Shown in pieces: positions 18,787 to 27,580 of a stretch of 64,000 nucleotides of DNA. Source of the DNA: an uncultured virus (IMG/VR IMGVR_UViG_3300011471_000001) (Duplodnaviria; Heunggongvirae; Uroviricota; Caudoviricetes). Position 1 is the first letter of the stretch, and each line of letters opens with the position of its first letter. Below the pieces are notes generated by a model. That model was not told the DNA's origin, did no database searches, and saw nothing but the letters and a program-made list of their open reading frames with translations. Location of the stretch: positions 1 through 64,000 of the IMG/VR virus record IMGVR_UViG_3300011471_000001; one strand, 5' to 3'. Made by a program: the position numbers and the translations under genes.

Positions 18787-19329
18787 ATGGCACAGGTGAT
18801 TAAATTTACCGGGCTGGAGGAAGGCGGGCTGTTCAGCCGCTCTATGCTCGAAGACTACAACAAGCTGAAGACGAATCCCGCAAAGCGCGCCTTTGTGATT
18901 AACGTCATTCGATCGGGCTATGCAGTCGAAATGATGGGCCTTGCGCCTATCCTCGCGCTGATGGAAGAGACGTATGCTGATACGTTCATGACCATGACCA
19001 AGCGTGAACGGCTGCAGCGCCTGCTTTCGCTAATCAGCGTTACGCTGGGTGAAACCACTCCACCGACGCCGGGTATGCAGCCGGTACAGGCACCAGTGGC
19101 AGAACCAGCCGCCGCTGTCGTTGCAGCGCCACCAGCTGAAAAGGTTCAACCGGCACAGGCCGATAATCCTTCCAGCGAAGCCGCTCAACCAGCACAGGCC
19201 GAGAGTCAGCCGGAGGCGGTTAGCGTTACTCATAATCCGGATGACAATTCATCCAAGCGCGTAGAAGAAGCACCCAAAGGTGTTACATCAAGCGCCTTAA
19301 AGCTGCAACGCCACAGAGTTTCAGGCTAA
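18787..19329 (+). CDS. Putative ParR/StbB-like centromere-binding adaptor
   Basis: Directly downstream of parM; folded N-terminus and long disordered Pro/Ala/Gln tail. Confidence 0.55.
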   Translation: MAQVIKFTGLEEGGLFSRSMLEDYNKLKTNPAKRAFVINVIRSGYAVEMMGLAPILALMEETYADTFMTMTKRERLQRLLSLISVTLGETTPPTPGMQPVQAPVAEPAAAVVAAPPAEKVQPAQADNPSSEAAQPAQAESQPEAVSVTHNPDDNSSKRVEEAPKGVTSSALKLQRHRVSG

Positions 19330-19344
19330 GCCGCTCTGCCCCGT

Positions 19345-19752
19345 TCACATGAGCGGGGCATTTTCCATCCTTCCCCGTCTGCACATATCCATCAGTTGCC
19401 GCGCCAGCGCGCATACCGACAGCTGTTCCATTTCCTTCTTCTGCAGCACACGCTTTGTGGCGCTTTCCACACACAGCGAGTCGTAATTCAGATCCTTTCT
19501 TCCCCGCACCTTGAAGATGTAGCCGTTCATGGCCTCCAGGCGATACTGCCGGGGATAGGCATCGGGATGTACCCGGCATTGTGCGAACGGCGAACGGACA
19601 AAGGAGCGCAGGATATTCGAGATAATGCCGGTGTTCACCAACAGGTGCGGGTATTCCGTTTCCACCAGCCTAGTGACTTCGGCCACTGTCATATAGTCCT
19701 TCCTGCGAATCAACAGATCGGCCACCTCTATACTGCTCACCTTTTGCTCCAT
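19345..19752 (-). CDS. lpa: Putative late promoter activator
   Basis: HTH-like N-terminus; upstream of pacA on the same strand; preceded by an operator copy, as P1 lpa is. Call rests mainly on synteny. Confidence 0.5.
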   Translation of the reverse strand: MEQKVSSIEVADLLIRRKDYMTVAEVTRLVETEYPHLLVNTGIISNILRSFVRSPFAQCRVHPDAYPRQYRLEAMNGYIFKVRGRKDLNYDSLCVESATKRVLQKKEMEQLSVCALARQLMDMCRRGRMENAPLM

Positions 19753-19781
19753 ATACTGCTCCGCTTGTATTAACTACAAGC

Positions 19782-19803
19782 AATTCTAAGGATTGTATAA
19801 TTC
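19782..19803. promoter_or_regulatory. Putative repressor operator upstream of the lpa candidate
   Basis: AATTCTAAGGATTGTATAATTC. Confidence 0.6.
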
Positions 19804-20103
19804 GCACAAGTGGTAACGGTTTAAATATCGCCATTATTAGCAGGTATAAGCGCGTTTTAGAGACGATTCCGGGGGCGAACGGCGCATGCCTAAACTGGCT
19901 GGTGGCTGTATGAGTGAATGACGATCTCAGTACTGGCAGTGCATTACTGTACGCTCGATGCCGCGTAACCGGACCGCTTTAAATATAGTTTTAAGGGGGA
20001 TTATCACGGTCAACCCGATTTTTTTACTTAGAGTTTATGCGATGTGTGGAGTGCTGCCGGTGCCGGGTGAGCATCTTCACCCGGACGATCATGTATCAGG
20101 CTG

Positions 20104-20502
20104 TCAGCGGAGGCTTCTCAGGAAGTGGCTGACGGTCGGGGACCACAAAGTTACTATGTCACTTCCTAACTGCTGGATGACTGCGCTGTAATCGCTTAAT
20201 GGCACATTCTCCTCTGCATCACCCATAAAAATCAGTTGCTGAGATGTACCGGCTTTCGCTGCGTCCACGCTGTAGGCAAATCCGGGAGTAGAACCGAAAT
20301 GCTCCACCAGCTGCTCTGCCCGCCATGCGAAACGCACACCACAGTTCTTCCGGAGCTCGAGCGTCACCGTGCCGCCGACGAGCATAGCCGAAATTTCTGT
20401 ACCGGCACTAGGATAACTGCGTTTACAGGAGACAGACGTAATTTGGCAGTTGGCAGCGTGCCAGTCCAGCGCTGGCAGGTCACTGATTTTAACTGTTTCC
20501 AC
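20104..20502 (-). CDS. Hypothetical protein
   Basis: GTG start overlapping the upstream stop codon. Confidence 0.5.
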   Translation of the reverse strand: METVKISDLPALDWHAANCQITSVSCKRSYPSAGTEISAMLVGGTVTLELRKNCGVRFAWRAEQLVEHFGSTPGFAYSVDAAKAGTSQQLIFMGDAEENVPLSDYSAVIQQLGSDIVTLWSPTVSHFLRSLR

Positions 20503-21086
20503 TACACCAGCCTCCAGTCGCTTGCGAGAAGATCCGTTGAGGCTGGCGCCCAGTCGGAAACCGTTAGCTTTTCGGTATCAATGAGCAAAAGCTGGGGCAT
20601 CTGCGTTACGGCCACATCTTGGCTGCAATCAAAGTAGCGGGCCGGTACGCCATACATATCTGATCCATTCAGTGCTGCGCGTGTCAGCCCTCTGGTGAGG
20701 CGCAGATGAACCCCCTTCCCCCATGCTGCCCGCGCCACCTTGCAGCCCTCTGACAGCCACAGCTGCGCGACGGCCAGCGGTGCTTGCTCCTGCCTGAAAC
20801 TCAGTTCCCCGGTATCAATCATCGCTTCGTTGCGCAGGATAAGATCATTCAGCTTAATCAGCGCGGCACAGGCGGCGTGGTTCAGGGTTTCGCCAAAACC
20901 GGTCATTGTCAGGCCGCTTTTGCTGATAACGGCTGCGTACCCTTCAGTTTTGGGCTCAGACGTCTCTGTAATGGTGTATCCCAGGCGGGCAATGACAGCC
21001 AGCAGCGCCATGTAATCGCCTGCATAGTCGGCTTCTGCGTCTGCAATCATGGCGATCGTTGCATTCAATTGTTGAGCGGTCATCAT
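20502..21086 (-). CDS. Protein with a C-terminal DUF2829/Tad2-like domain
   Basis: EGCKVARAAWGKG...WAPASTDLLASDW motif. Confidence 0.6.
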   Translation of the reverse strand: MMTAQQLNATIAMIADAEADYAGDYMALLAVIARLGYTITETSEPKTEGYAAVISKSGLTMTGFGETLNHAACAALIKLNDLILRNEAMIDTGELSFRQEQAPLAVAQLWLSEGCKVARAAWGKGVHLRLTRGLTRAALNGSDMYGVPARYFDCSQDVAVTQMPQLLLIDTEKLTVSDWAPASTDLLASDWRLV

Positions 21087-21088
21087 TA

Positions 21089-21337
21089 TCAGTAGCCCCG
21101 TTTCTGCTTGCGCTTCTGCGCTGCTTGCCTGCGTTTCTTCTCTGCGGCCCAGTGCTGCTGAGCTTCCGCAATGCTTGTGGCCAAATGACGCATTCCCCGT
21201 TCGATCTCTTCCTGTATGGGTGGACGGGTCTCATCCACCAGCAGCGCTCTCACCTGCGGGACCGGAACGGTCGGCGGACGACGGGCTACCCAGCTGAGGC
21301 TTCCCATAATTGCGCCCATCAGTGCGATCTTCTTCAT
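21089..21337 (-). CDS. Small basic hypothetical protein (MKKIALMG...)
   Basis: Internal ATG at 21337; stops 2 nt before the next gene. Confidence 0.45.
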   Translation of the reverse strand: MKKIALMGAIMGSLSWVARRPPTVPVPQVRALLVDETRPPIQEEIERGMRHLATSIAEAQQHWAAEKKRRQAAQKRKQKRGY

Positions 21338-21476
21338 GCGTTTTCTCTTCCTGCAGGCGTGCCGAATCCCCGGCAGGCGCCGGTGATTAAAGTTCACCTG
21401 GTTAAATCCGGCGTGGGATACGCACGGCGATAATTTGAAGCCTGCGCCGGCGCGTGGCCGGGTGGCTGTAATAGCA

Positions 21477-21577
21477 TTGTGCTGACCGGATTCGAACTGG
21501 ATACCGTCCGTCTGTCCCCATCAGGCCTTAAGGCTGTTACATGGAACGGCGGTTGCTTCCGTTAAGCTACAACACAA
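21477..21577 (-). ncRNA. tRNA-like RNA with an enlarged anticodon-arm hairpin
   Basis: Acceptor TGTGTTG/CAGCACA, TAGCTTAACGGAAGC D-arm, GTTCGAAT T-loop, ~50-nt hairpin in place of the anticodon arm. Confidence 0.5.
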
Positions 21578-21799
21578 CGGTAAAAGCACATTGCAGGCGC
21601 TCTTACCTGTTGTCCTGTCTCAGCCCGCCACCAGCTGCGCGATAAGCCATTTGTGACCGGCAAACAGTCCGGCATTCAGAAGGCAGTGAAACATGACAAA
21701 CTGCATGGCTCTGATGGTCTTTGTGTAAGTGCTGTCACTCATGCGCATTGCGTCCGGATTGGCTGGCTGTCTTACCCTGATCATGCCAGAAATAGCGTC

Positions 21800-22189
21800 T
21801 CAATATTCTGGTAAATAAAAACCGCGAATACGTGTTGCTAATAGCTTATTGCAAAGGGATATTGCCCCTCTCTGCGCCAGCATCAGCTGTGACTCTACGG
21901 GCGATAATTCCTGAAAATGAGGTAAGTCCTGCATCATTTTAATCATCTGATCTTCCATATCTGACAGTATTTTCAGTTCCATAATGGCGCGCTGCTGATA
22001 CGGTTTAAGATGTGAAACATCGTCCATAACGACGTAGCTTTCAGCCAGTTCCTGCTCAGTTACAAGGGCGATACAGGATCCATTTTCATCCCATAATGCG
22101 TATCTGCAAAACCCACTATGTTTTTCTATGCGCTCAATGGTTAAAGGCTGCGGTCTTGCTAAAGCGAGACGATTTTTACCCTGACCCAT
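21800..22189 (-). CDS. Hypothetical protein with a C-terminal helical domain (crAss001_48-like)
   Basis: GAGG RBS; PYQQR..E...F..L...E..LM.AQ...L..RI..F pattern. Confidence 0.5.
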   Translation of the reverse strand: MGQGKNRLALARPQPLTIERIEKHSGFCRYALWDENGSCIALVTEQELAESYVVMDDVSHLKPYQQRAIMELKILSDMEDQMIKMMQDLPHFQELSPVESQLMLAQRGAISLCNKLLATRIRGFYLPEY

Positions 22190-22427
22190 ATATCCCTCTC
22201 ATAAACGTTTATGGTGGCCGGTGCCATACCCGGCAAATAACCTCTCAAGTGACTGGTCAACCTGGTTACTGGCGGCTTTAACCCCTGTGTACGCGACTGA
22301 AGAATCGGGGGCCAGTCTTGCGATCGCAGCAGCAACTGCGAATGCACCACAACGGATAGAGCACTGACCATTCCTAGTCCAATGGCGCTCTACGCAAAGC
22401 ATCAATGCTCTTTCCTGTTGGTATGCC

Positions 22428-22556
22428 TTATTTGCGGCGCTGCTTCTTCCTGCCGCCTCTTAACGCCCTGATGAATGTCTCGATGGCATAGATGGCCACC
22501 AGCGCGTAAATCACGGTGAGAAATGGGTGCTCTGCAGCAAATTCTGATAACGACAT
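22428..22556 (-). CDS. 42-aa single-TM peptide with a basic tail
   Basis: MSLSEFAAEHPFLTVIYALVAIYAIETFIRALRGGRKKQRRK; AAGGA RBS; too short for the ORF track. Confidence 0.55.
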   Translation of the reverse strand: MSLSEFAAEHPFLTVIYALVAIYAIETFIRALRGGRKKQRRK

Positions 22557-23505
22557 AATGCGTCCTTTGTAGAGGAATGCTGTCTCTTCCAGCTGTCAGA
22601 ACTAATCGCCCAGGCGCTCAACCTGCAATGACGTTATCCCGCTGGCTGGCACATTCTGTGTTGACCGGATAACCAAATAGACGAAAAGGAAATAAAACGC
22701 CCAGGCTCCGCACCCACATGTCCCAAATGCCCCACTTTCAGCCACCAGCAGGGATCGCTGGCTTGTCGTTACTGGCCGGGTTCAATAGAGTTGCGGTGAC
22801 CGTTTCCCGTTAACGCGGTTGTTCACTGAGGCGGGACTTAAACCCGCTTTGCTTTCGCAGCCCATCGCTGACCGCCCGTGTTAATTCACAGGCAAGGCTT
22901 CCGCCCCGTGGATTCCGGATCCACAACTCCTACGGTGTATTAAAGCGATCACCACAACGGCCGAGAACACTGAGCAACCACGCACCGGATGCTCGTTTAA
23001 GTCACCCTTCAGTGTCCTCGCCGTTATGGGCTGGTCTTTCCCAGCAGCCACGGCGTGTTGAGGCCTGCCGATACCCTGCCCCGCCACCAGCCAAATTAGC
23101 CAGTAAACAGGGCATCGCCTGGTGTTGACGTGTAGTGCATGGGGGGCTGGTGCCTCCAGCTGTCCGATACGGAACCTACGGACGGGCATAGAACAGGAAT
23201 TTGCACACCGAGAGGTGATTGTTCCGGCCCGCGTGCGCATAGCCGCATTCCCCCATTTGTGAGCGCGCTGACAGAGGTAATCTTTCGCCAAACGCCAGGT
23301 AAAAACGTCAGATGCACCAGCGCGCTCACAAATAAAGATCCCTTACGAGGATCAGGCGGGAGCATGTTTAAGCCTCATGGAGCATTCTTTGCGCGGGTTA
23401 GTCCAAGACCGCGTTCACTGCCATGACAGGAGGGGCTACTTGCCGTTCACCCTTCTCATAACACGCCTGGAAAAGGTAATAAACCAGGTGCGGCCCGTTA
23501 CGAAC

Positions 23506-23569
23506 TGGTGCAGGTTGACGGAATTGAACCGCAGACAATGGAACACTCTACCCACTGAGCTAAACCTGC
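23506..23569 (-). ncRNA. 64-nt tRNA-like RNA lacking an anticodon arm, ending in CCA
   Basis: GCAGGTT-TA-GCTCAGTGGGTAGAGT-(11 nt)-TGCGGTTCAATTCCGTC-AACCTGC-ACCA. Confidence 0.6.
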
Positions 23570-23954
23570 TGAATACTTGCCGGTGCATACCCGGCGCGGA
23601 CACTTAGGTATCTGGTCAACCTGTCCGCTTGCGTCACGTATGAGGTCAGGAAACCTCGCCAGATTTGCAGTGCGTTTGCCTCGCTTGCTAAAGCGTTTTC
23701 CCCGTTTCAGCCGTCAGCACACCCTGATGCACTCACGGCTGAAGCTGAAAAAAAAGCCCGGAAACTACCGGGCCAAAAACCCTACTACACACAGCAAAGC
23801 CTACTCTGGAATAGACTCTGATTTGTGAAAAAAGAGCGGATTAAACAGACAGTTATGATTAATCCGCCAAATGCCTATTATGATTTTTGCACGGAGCCTT
23901 AAAGCTCTTGTCAGCGGGGAGGAATGTACACAAAACGGAGTAATGAAGCAATGA

Positions 23955-23978
23955 AAATCTAAGAAAACTCTTAGATTT
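23955..23978. promoter_or_regulatory. Palindromic operator AAATCTAAG-N6-CTTAGATTT ahead of the RNA-rich early region
   Basis: Perfect 9-bp inverted repeat of the operator half-site. Confidence 0.65.
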
Positions 23979-23998
23979 TCAAAGCAAGAAAGAAGGGG

Positions 23999-25288
23999 TT
24001 AGCGGCGTTTTACTTTGGGGTTTCTGATGTTCTCTATGTCGCCGTTCGCCTGCGCCCACTTTATGCACCAGCTGTTCACGGCAGCGCGAATTTCATTCAC
24101 AGAGGCCTCACTCAGCCCCTTCACTTTTGCCAGCTCGTCAGGCAACTCACCACCAGCATCGGCAACCGTCTCATACCCGGCCTTTGTCAGAGCATTAAGG
24201 ATGCGTGTCGGTATGACCAGCTCGGAAACAGGCGCAGCTTTGCCGTCCAGAATGCGTTGATGAAGACGCGGGAAATCCTGCGCCAGGCGCTTCATGATCC
24301 GTGTGTGCAGCTCGTCATTGATAGCCGTGTCCCACATCGGCGCAAGCTCAGGCAGCAGGCGGAAGACAGGATTGCCCCATATTCCCGGCACCACGTCCAT
24401 TGCCAGCATCATCGCGGTACGGATCTGGAAGTGGAAATCAGCCGTCTCGATAGACACGTCCCGGACACCGTGGAAAACGCTCAGGCCAAAGTGGAAGTTG
24501 TAGATGTAGCAACCCACGTCGCCAGAGCCATCCGGCAGCTGAAGGAGGAACTGCTGCACATCTTCCCGGCCATCGTGAAACTCGACACGCTCCTTCAGGT
24601 GGTTATAAAGAGCGGTAGTCTTCATCAGGTCATTGGCTGTTGCGGCGCGCTGGCGGCGCTCTTCTCCGACAACCTTATCCGCGATGTTGAGTTTGCTCTG
24701 TAACTCCTGCCGCTTAAGGCTGTCTTTTTTGCGATCGGCGCGCTGCTGTGAAATGGTTTTGTCACGCTCATTCAGGTCTCGCGCCAGGCGCTCAGGATTC
24801 TTGCGTCGATACTGTTCAAACTCCTGTGAGACAGAGGTAAACGCCAGCTGCGCGGTGGTCAGGGCAGACCTGATACCCTCAAGCTGATTCTCAGCATTGA
24901 TTACGCGGTTGTCCGCCTCCAGCACACGCTGAGTAGCCGCTTCACGGGCCTCTTCAATGGCGTTCTCGGCATCGAGACGAATTTTCGTTACCTCGCTGAC
25001 CAGTGCGGACTGCGCACCCAGCTGCTGCTGTACCTGCTCCAGTGCGTCTAATAGCAGGTTGTAGGTGTCAGTTTCATGATTAAGGCGCATGCGAAGATCG
25101 ATCTGGATCTGCTCCAGAGCGTTCGTGCAGTTATCAAGAAGGCGCAGCTCCAGGTCATCAAGCGTTAGGCGTTTACGGATGGAATTAAGCTGGCCGTAAG
25201 CGGTGACAAAGGCCTGGTGAAGAACTTCATCATCGACGTTGCATACAGGGAGATTTTGCAGCTGCTGGAGTGGAGCGAGTGTAGTCAT
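23999..25288 (-). CDS. Coiled-coil protein with a C-terminal RpoA alpha-CTD-like/HhH domain (possibly PmgS-like)
   Basis: Long heptad region; PVSELVIPTRILNALTKAGYETVAD..ELAKVKGLSEASVNEI. Confidence 0.65.
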   Translation of the reverse strand: MTTLAPLQQLQNLPVCNVDDEVLHQAFVTAYGQLNSIRKRLTLDDLELRLLDNCTNALEQIQIDLRMRLNHETDTYNLLLDALEQVQQQLGAQSALVSEVTKIRLDAENAIEEAREAATQRVLEADNRVINAENQLEGIRSALTTAQLAFTSVSQEFEQYRRKNPERLARDLNERDKTISQQRADRKKDSLKRQELQSKLNIADKVVGEERRQRAATANDLMKTTALYNHLKERVEFHDGREDVQQFLLQLPDGSGDVGCYIYNFHFGLSVFHGVRDVSIETADFHFQIRTAMMLAMDVVPGIWGNPVFRLLPELAPMWDTAINDELHTRIMKRLAQDFPRLHQRILDGKAAPVSELVIPTRILNALTKAGYETVADAGGELPDELAKVKGLSEASVNEIRAAVNSWCIKWAQANGDIENIRNPKVKRR

Positions 25289-25344
25289 ATTGAGAATCAG
25301 ATCCGCGTGTAATTTGCGGCGGATGATAACTCGAAATTAACCAC

Positions 25345-25367
25345 TGTCTAAGGCTTTTCTTAGATTT
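25345..25367. promoter_or_regulatory. Operator TCTAAG-N6-CTTAGA
   Basis: Intergenic, upstream of the gene starting at 25288. Confidence 0.6.
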
Positions 25368-25429
25368 GGTTAAACTATCAGGGTGAGGTTGCTGGTGGCG
25401 TTATCGTGGACTCCGCCACCAGCAGAGGG

Positions 25430-25726
25430 TTACAGCAGTTTCAGCGCCGTTACGGCTATGGCGGCCACAGTGATAATCATCAGCACGTTCAGCAGTACAG
25501 ACGGCACCTTGATCTCGCCTGTCTCATACTCTGTCTGCGTCATCCTGCCCAGGTAGCTGTGCGAGATCAGCACTGCGTTTTCGTCAAAGCTAAGCGTAGC
25601 CCGGACGTTCTCAAGCGTCTGGCGGGAAATCTGACGTGTGGCCAGCTGGACGATTCCGGATCTCATCTTCCCGTTGTCACCCATATAGCAGACAGTATGG
25701 TAGTGGTATGGCTTATCCTGGCCCAT
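25430..25726 (-). CDS. Hypothetical protein with a C-terminal TM anchor
   Basis: Coupled to the upstream gene; hydrophobic C-terminus. Confidence 0.6.
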   Translation of the reverse strand: MGQDKPYHYHTVCYMGDNGKMRSGIVQLATRQISRQTLENVRATLSFDENAVLISHSYLGRMTQTEYETGEIKVPSVLLNVLMIITVAAIAVTALKLL

Positions 25727-26244
25727 CAGCTGATAACTACCCAGTCGCTGACGCGCATATCGTTAATGCTCAGTTCGTGTATCTCAACGCCGCCGTCCGG
25801 TCGGGTCAGTATCAGCACGTCACAGCCTTCATGCTCCTGCTCAAGCGACACAAAGTAACCCACCGCCCACGCTTCCCGGCGCATCAGCAATTCCGGATCC
25901 TCTTTCATCTTCAGCAAGGCGCGGTCATAACTGCACGTAATGGCACCGATTCCAATTTTGCTCAAACCTTCGATCTGTGCCGTAGTCATGCGTCCGCGTC
26001 CTTCTGTTAATGATTTTCTCAAGATGTAACTGATCCCCTTCACGCCGCCGAAATAGTTCAGCTGGCGGTTACTCATGCCGCTGCGCGACATAAGCTCCTG
26101 CTTCGGTACTTTGAAAATGCCGACGTCCATAGCCATGTCGGCAAAAACCGAAAGCCCACGGCCCAAGCCGTCGCGCGTCTTTTTACGGCGCGCATACTGC
26201 TCAAAGGTGGGGCATCCAGTAAAAAACTGCGCGTCAAAAAGCAC
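25726..26244 (-). CDS. Hypothetical protein
   Basis: Operonic ORF with DUF2829-like DMRVSDW C-terminus. Confidence 0.5.
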   Translation of the reverse strand: MLFDAQFFTGCPTFEQYARRKKTRDGLGRGLSVFADMAMDVGIFKVPKQELMSRSGMSNRQLNYFGGVKGISYILRKSLTEGRGRMTTAQIEGLSKIGIGAITCSYDRALLKMKEDPELLMRREAWAVGYFVSLEQEHEGCDVLILTRPDGGVEIHELSINDMRVSDWVVIS

Positions 26245-26835
26245 TTATTCGCTCCAGAAACCGTCATTCTCATGCGCTGGCATTGCTTCGCCTGCTTTGA
26301 GAACTGCGTATTGCTCAATCACGCTGATCGTCTCTTCAGGTGAAAATGATAAAAGAACGTAATACCCCTGCTCTTTCAGGCGACGCATCCACGTCAGCTG
26401 AAACTCAGAAGGCATATTCTTACCGTGTTTCTGCTCTACCCGCATTCCGTGATAGATGCCTGCCGGTATTTCCAGGGACATATCCGGAACGCCCCGCTTT
26501 GCGCCTTCAGCCTCTATCGCTGCGGCAGTCGCCTTTAAGCGAAATCCTCCGTTTGGTACGGCATACAGATGGTCATAAATAACCCTGTTGTGACGGTGAA
26601 AATGGTCAAAGATTCGAACCTGATCGTAATGCTCTTGTTTGCCTTTGCGCAGATCGGGATTTTTGACGAGAGCGGCCAGCGCTTTTGCGTGAACCGATAT
26701 TTCTAAAGCTGCCGCTAACCAGGCAGAGGTTTTGCCGGATTTTACCGACGCTCCACCAGCAGATTTAACAGCTGCTTTGGTGCGGGTTTTTTGATTTTTT
26801 TTATAGGAGTGCAACCACTCTTCACTGAAGCGCAT
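26245..26835 (-). CDS. VRR-NUC domain nuclease
   Basis: AVPNGG, EGAKRGVPD, RVEQK and Q..WMRRL...GY motifs; ATG start at 26835 preferred. Confidence 0.8.
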   Translation of the reverse strand: MRFSEEWLHSYKKNQKTRTKAAVKSAGGASVKSGKTSAWLAAALEISVHAKALAALVKNPDLRKGKQEHYDQVRIFDHFHRHNRVIYDHLYAVPNGGFRLKATAAAIEAEGAKRGVPDMSLEIPAGIYHGMRVEQKHGKNMPSEFQLTWMRRLKEQGYYVLLSFSPEETISVIEQYAVLKAGEAMPAHENDGFWSE

Positions 26836-26971
26836 ATCCGAAATTGCCAACCGATGATTAATTAGTCTAAAAAGTGGATCTGCGTTGGGGGGTATTTTTA
26901 ACGCTGAGACGGGAAAAAACAAGCCTGTAATCTACATCTTTGAAAGATAGTTATTACAGGCAGTTATCATT

Positions 26972-27136
26972 TTACTGGTGGGCCATCCACATGAACGCCA
27001 GGCTGTAAACGATACCGAGCGTGCTGAAGCAAAGCACAAGGAACCTGCCAATCACATTAGAAAAAGGCGTGGCTTTTGCCGAAAGAGCCTTGTTTGAAGT
27101 GGCATTAACAAAATCACGCTGCGCAAAATTATTCAT
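26972..27136 (-). CDS. 54-aa small membrane protein
   Basis: MNNFAQ...GRFLVLCFSTLGIVYSLAFMWMAHQ; flanked by hairpins. Confidence 0.45.
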   Translation of the reverse strand: MNNFAQRDFVNATSNKALSAKATPFSNVIGRFLVLCFSTLGIVYSLAFMWMAHQ

Positions 27137-27251
27137 GATATATTCTCTTTGTTAGGTGCAGGGGTGTACGTCGCCAAACTGAACCCCTGCAAAGTGAAAG
27201 CCCGGCCTTATGGTCGGGCTTTTTCTTTGTCACCACCTTAGCGGCTTAACG

Positions 27252-27273
27252 CAATCTAAGGGTTTTCTAATTT
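27252..27273. promoter_or_regulatory. Operator CAATCTAAGGGTTTTCTAATTT
   Basis: Matches the repeated motif; lies at the head of the leftward early operon. Confidence 0.6.
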
Positions 27274-27290
27274 ACCGTCAATTTAAATCG

Positions 27291-27572
27291 CTACTTTTCG
27301 TCACTTTTCACCTGTAGCAGGACTTCCCCGGCTGTTTTTAGACGTTCCAGCGCGTCCTGTAGGGCAAAAATCCAGCTGGCCTTATCCAGCTCCCGTACAC
27401 GCTTTACCCGCTCCTGTGTTGATGGATTGATGACCCATACCCATTCTTCATGATCCTGGCGATTACGCATCGTAAATACCCCAGTCGGGGGGTAGAAATT
27501 CAGCTCAGCACCATTGGCATAGGCATAGGCTTCCAGCTCCTCCAGCTTAAGGTACTTGTTCTCTCGCGGCAC
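27291..27572 (-). CDS. lxc: Lxc-like repressor modulator
   Basis: Position after ulx as in P1; weak pattern similarity (LEAYA..NGAEL..MR..W..VI...VRE...SW). Confidence 0.5.
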   Translation of the reverse strand: MPRENKYLKLEELEAYAYANGAELNFYPPTGVFTMRNRQDHEEWVWVINPSTQERVKRVRELDKASWIFALQDALERLKTAGEVLLQVKSDEK

Positions 27573-27580
27573 GGTGTCTC

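Noticed and set aside
21477..23569. Canonical tRNA genes
   Set aside because: Neither element has a normal anticodon arm, so both are reported as tRNA-like RNAs.
22881..23828. ORF-track ORFs in the RNA-rich region
   Set aside because: No convincing RBS or protein-like composition; better explained as structured RNA.
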